Assembly (NCBI GenBank): GCA_029240475.1
Contig: JAREAF010000001.1
Span: forward strand, 1 to 29,028
Direction of reading: 5' to 3'
DNA: 29,028 bases
Origin: Rhodospirillales bacterium
GTDB lineage: Bacteria; Pseudomonadota; Alphaproteobacteria; JAREAF01
The translations under genes and the position numbers were made by a program. Below, piece by piece: positions 26,875 to 29,028 of this stretch. The stretch's first letter is position 1. Each line of letters begins with the position of its first letter. The notes under the pieces were generated by a model. The model saw only the letters and a program-made list of their open reading frames with translations. It was not told the DNA's origin and ran no database searches.

Positions 26875-27447
26875 TCAGCCGGGGGCGCCCTTCAGCAGGA
26901 GCGTCCAGTCGCGCAGCTTCTCGAGAAGGTTGCGGATGTGCTTGCGTGTGTTCTCGTCGGTGAGACGGCCGTCGGCATCGAACTTCGCCGCAGCCTCGCG
27001 GATCAGCACCTCCGGGCGGCTCAAGACCGGCATGTTGAGCCCGCTCAGGATCTGCCTGAGATGCAGCTGCGCGCGCACGGTGCCCATGAGTCCCGGCGCG
27101 GCGCCCATCATCGCCACGGGTTTGCCGATGAACGGCATGTCGGGCGGACGCGAGGCCCAGTCGATCGCGTTCTTCAGCACGCCGGGTACCGAGTAGTTGT
27201 ATTCGGGGGTGACGAAGAGCAGGGCGTCCGCCTCGGCGATGGCTTGCCGGAATTCCGCGACCGGCGGCGGGAAGCCCTTCGCCTTCACATCCTCATCATA
27301 GAGCGGGATGTCGCCCAGCCGCTGGAACGGGCGGATCGACACGCCCTCGGGCGCAAGCTCGCACGCGGCTGCCAGCGCCCGCTTGTTGAAGGAGCCCTGC
27401 CGCAAGCTGCCCGCGATGCCAAGAATCGTGATCGCCAACCCGCACAT
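26875..27447 (-). CDS. NADPH-dependent FMN reductase (flavodoxin-like)
   Basis: GIAGSLRQGSFN, LFVTPEYNYSVPGVLKNAIDWASR; TTG at 27438 with AAGGA RBS is an alternative start. Confidence 0.93.
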   Translation of the reverse strand: MCGLAITILGIAGSLRQGSFNKRALAAACELAPEGVSIRPFQRLGDIPLYDEDVKAKGFPPPVAEFRQAIAEADALLFVTPEYNYSVPGVLKNAIDWASRPPDMPFIGKPVAMMGAAPGLMGTVRAQLHLRQILSGLNMPVLSRPEVLIREAAAKFDADGRLTDENTRKHIRNLLEKLRDWTLLLKGAPG

Positions 27448-27603
27448 CCTTCGAGCCGCCGCCAGATCAACGACGATAGCAGTTCAGTTGTCGCGGCGCG
27501 ACGGGATGGCCCTGAAACCAATCTATTCTAGCTGAATATTTGCTGCTGTTTTTGAGTTGTTTGGCCTCTATTGGGGGACGGCAAATCAAGGCCCATGAAG
27601 GAC

Positions 27604-27628
27604 GGAACTCGGGACAGTTCATGGCGTT
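27604..27628 (+). promoter_or_regulatory. EcfG-type promoter for the GYGQ-repeat protein
   Basis: Perfect GGAAC-N16-CGTT ending 49 nt upstream of ATG 27678. Confidence 0.8.
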
Positions 27629-27677
27629 CGCAGCAAGAGGAATGCCCTGCGAAACCTTTGCAGAAAGGGTGAATTCG

Positions 27678-28949
27678 ATGGATCGGCGTGACGAGGAACG
27701 TCGCGGCTCCGAGCATAGCGGCTCCGAGCGTCAGCGGCACGGCGAGCACGGCTCTGGCCAGCACGGCCAGAGCCAGTACGGCCAGAGTCAGTACGGGCAG
27801 GGCCAGTCCGGCCAGAGCGGTTACGGCCAAGGCGGCCAGAGCGGCTACGGACAGCCCGGCTACGGCCAAGGCGGCCAGAGCGGATACGGCCAGTCCGGCT
27901 ACGGCCAGTCGGGCTATGGGCAGTCCGGCCAGAGCGGATACGGCCAGGGCGGATACGGCCAGGGCGGATACGGCCAGGGCGGATACGGTCAGGGCGGATA
28001 CGGCCAAGGCAGCTACGGGCAATCCGGCTATGGCCAGGGCCAGTCGGGCCATGGCCAGCATGGCGGGTACGGCCAGATGCACAGCCAGACCGGCTTTGGG
28101 CAGCAGAGCGGCGGGTATGGCCAGGGCGGCTATGGCCAGTCCGGGTATGGGCAGGGCGGCTATGGCGGCGGCTACGGCCAGGGCGGCTATGGCGGTCAAG
28201 GTCAGCAGGGCGGCGGCCAGTACGGCTATTACGGCCAGCCCGGCTGGAGCAGCCAGCAGGGCGGCGGCTTCGGCCAGCCCGGCTATGGCGGCTATGGCCA
28301 ATCCTACGGCCAGGGCACCGGCGGATATGGCGGCCAGTCCGGTTACGGCCAGGGCGGCTATGGCGGCCAGTCCGGTTATGGGCAGAGCGGCTACGGGCAG
28401 TCCGGCTATGGCGGCCACGGACAGCATGGCGGCGGCTACGGGCAGTCCGGCTATGGCGGGCAGTCCGGCTTCGGCCAGGGCGGCCAGTCCGGCGGCTGGG
28501 GCCAGAGTGGCTATGGCGGCCAAAGCGGTCAGTCGAGCTTCGGCCAGAGCGGTCACGGCGGCGGCTACGGCCAGTCGTCAGGCTGGTCCGGACGCAGCCA
28601 CCAGGACGAGGACTGGGATCCGGACTATCGCAGCTGGCGCGAGCAACAGATGCGCAGCCTCGATGAGGATTATCGGCGTTGGCGGTCGGAGCGTCAGCAG
28701 AAGTTCGGGAACGAATTCCAGTCCTGGCGCGAAAAGTTGAAGAGCATGTTCACCGGCGAGGACCAGTCCGGCAGCCAGTCCGGCAGCTCCAGCCAAGGAG
28801 CGGGCACGAGCGGTTACGGCGCGTCGGCGGGCTCGGGCTCGACGGGCTCCAGCACCGCAGCGGGCGGAACCAGCTCCACGGCCTCCAGCCGTCGCGGTTC
28901 GGAGTCGGAATCGGAGAGCTCGACCAGCAGGAGGCGTTCCTCGAGCTGA
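27678..28949 (+). CDS. Gly/Gln/Ser/Tyr-rich low-complexity (prion-like) protein, 423 aa, function unknown
   Basis: ATG 27678 with AAAGGG RBS-like sequence, own promoter motif and terminator; about 280 aa of [G/S]GYGQ repeats followed by a charged segment and a Ser/Gly tail. The 27540 start would lie upstream of the promoter motif. Confidence 0.85.
   Translation: MDRRDEERRGSEHSGSERQRHGEHGSGQHGQSQYGQSQYGQGQSGQSGYGQGGQSGYGQPGYGQGGQSGYGQSGYGQSGYGQSGQSGYGQGGYGQGGYGQGGYGQGGYGQGSYGQSGYGQGQSGHGQHGGYGQMHSQTGFGQQSGGYGQGGYGQSGYGQGGYGGGYGQGGYGGQGQQGGGQYGYYGQPGWSSQQGGGFGQPGYGGYGQSYGQGTGGYGGQSGYGQGGYGGQSGYGQSGYGQSGYGGHGQHGGGYGQSGYGGQSGFGQGGQSGGWGQSGYGGQSGQSSFGQSGHGGGYGQSSGWSGRSHQDEDWDPDYRSWREQQMRSLDEDYRRWRSERQQKFGNEFQSWREKLKSMFTGEDQSGSQSGSSSQGAGTSGYGASAGSGSTGSSTAAGGTSSTASSRRGSESESESSTSRRRSSS
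27750..28592 (+). repeat. Coding repeat region for [G/S]GYGQ units, including a near-perfect 15-bp tandem array at 27933-28007
   Basis: Degenerate GGC-GGA/C-TAC/T-GGC-CAG-type units throughout; five adjacent copies of (G/A)GCGGATACGGYCAR. Confidence 0.9.
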
Positions 28950-28978
28950 CCCCCCAGCTTAGGGAACGCGACTGCGTG

Positions 28979-29009
28979 AAGCCCCGTCCCGGACGGGGCT
29001 TCTCTTTTT
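28979..29009 (+). terminator. Rho-independent terminator after the GYGQ-repeat gene
   Basis: AAGCCCCGTC-CCG-GACGGGGCTT followed by CTCTTTTT. Confidence 0.88.
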
Positions 29010-29028
29010 GCTCCGCCTCGGCTCCGGG

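Noticed and set aside
27466-27490. AAC-N15-GTT upstream of the FMN reductase gene
   Set aside because: Spacer is two to three bases too short for the EcfG consensus.
27528-28556. 342-aa Ala/Leu/Val-rich ORF on the minus strand
   Set aside because: Antisense shadow of the GYGQ repeat codons; promoter, RBS and terminator all support the plus strand.

Overview
High-GC window from an alphaproteobacterium (inferred from PhyR, DUF1491- and DUF3775-like genes and EcfG-type promoter motifs). Left to right it holds: a large-subunit pstSCA phosphate ABC transporter (pstA runs off the window) with a clear Pho-box promoter; a divergent NarL-type regulator and PAS-PAS hybrid histidine kinase whose receiver domain is interrupted by an in-frame TGA; a partial polysaccharide export module (O-antigen-ligase-like protein, hypothetical protein, Wzc, outer-membrane beta-barrel, manC); DUF3775-like, mtgA, dodecin, an epimerase plus CgeB-type glycosyltransferase, a Thr-rich lipoprotein, phyR without adjacent nepR/ecfG, DUF1491-like, rhomboid, class II aldolase, DUF3309-like, PuuD-like amidohydrolase, K+ channel, DUF423-like, aminotransferase and FMN reductase; and a 423-aa protein dominated by a [G/S]GYGQ prion-like low-complexity domain. 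The strongest unexplained structure is a set of seven GGAAC-N16/17-CGTT-like general-stress (EcfG) promoter motifs, three of them perfect, each just upstream of a gene in the right orientation. Their targets include two low-complexity proteins and the polysaccharide genes. No rRNA, tRNA, CRISPR array or mobile element was recognised. All family calls are from motif recognition by eye; no searches were run.
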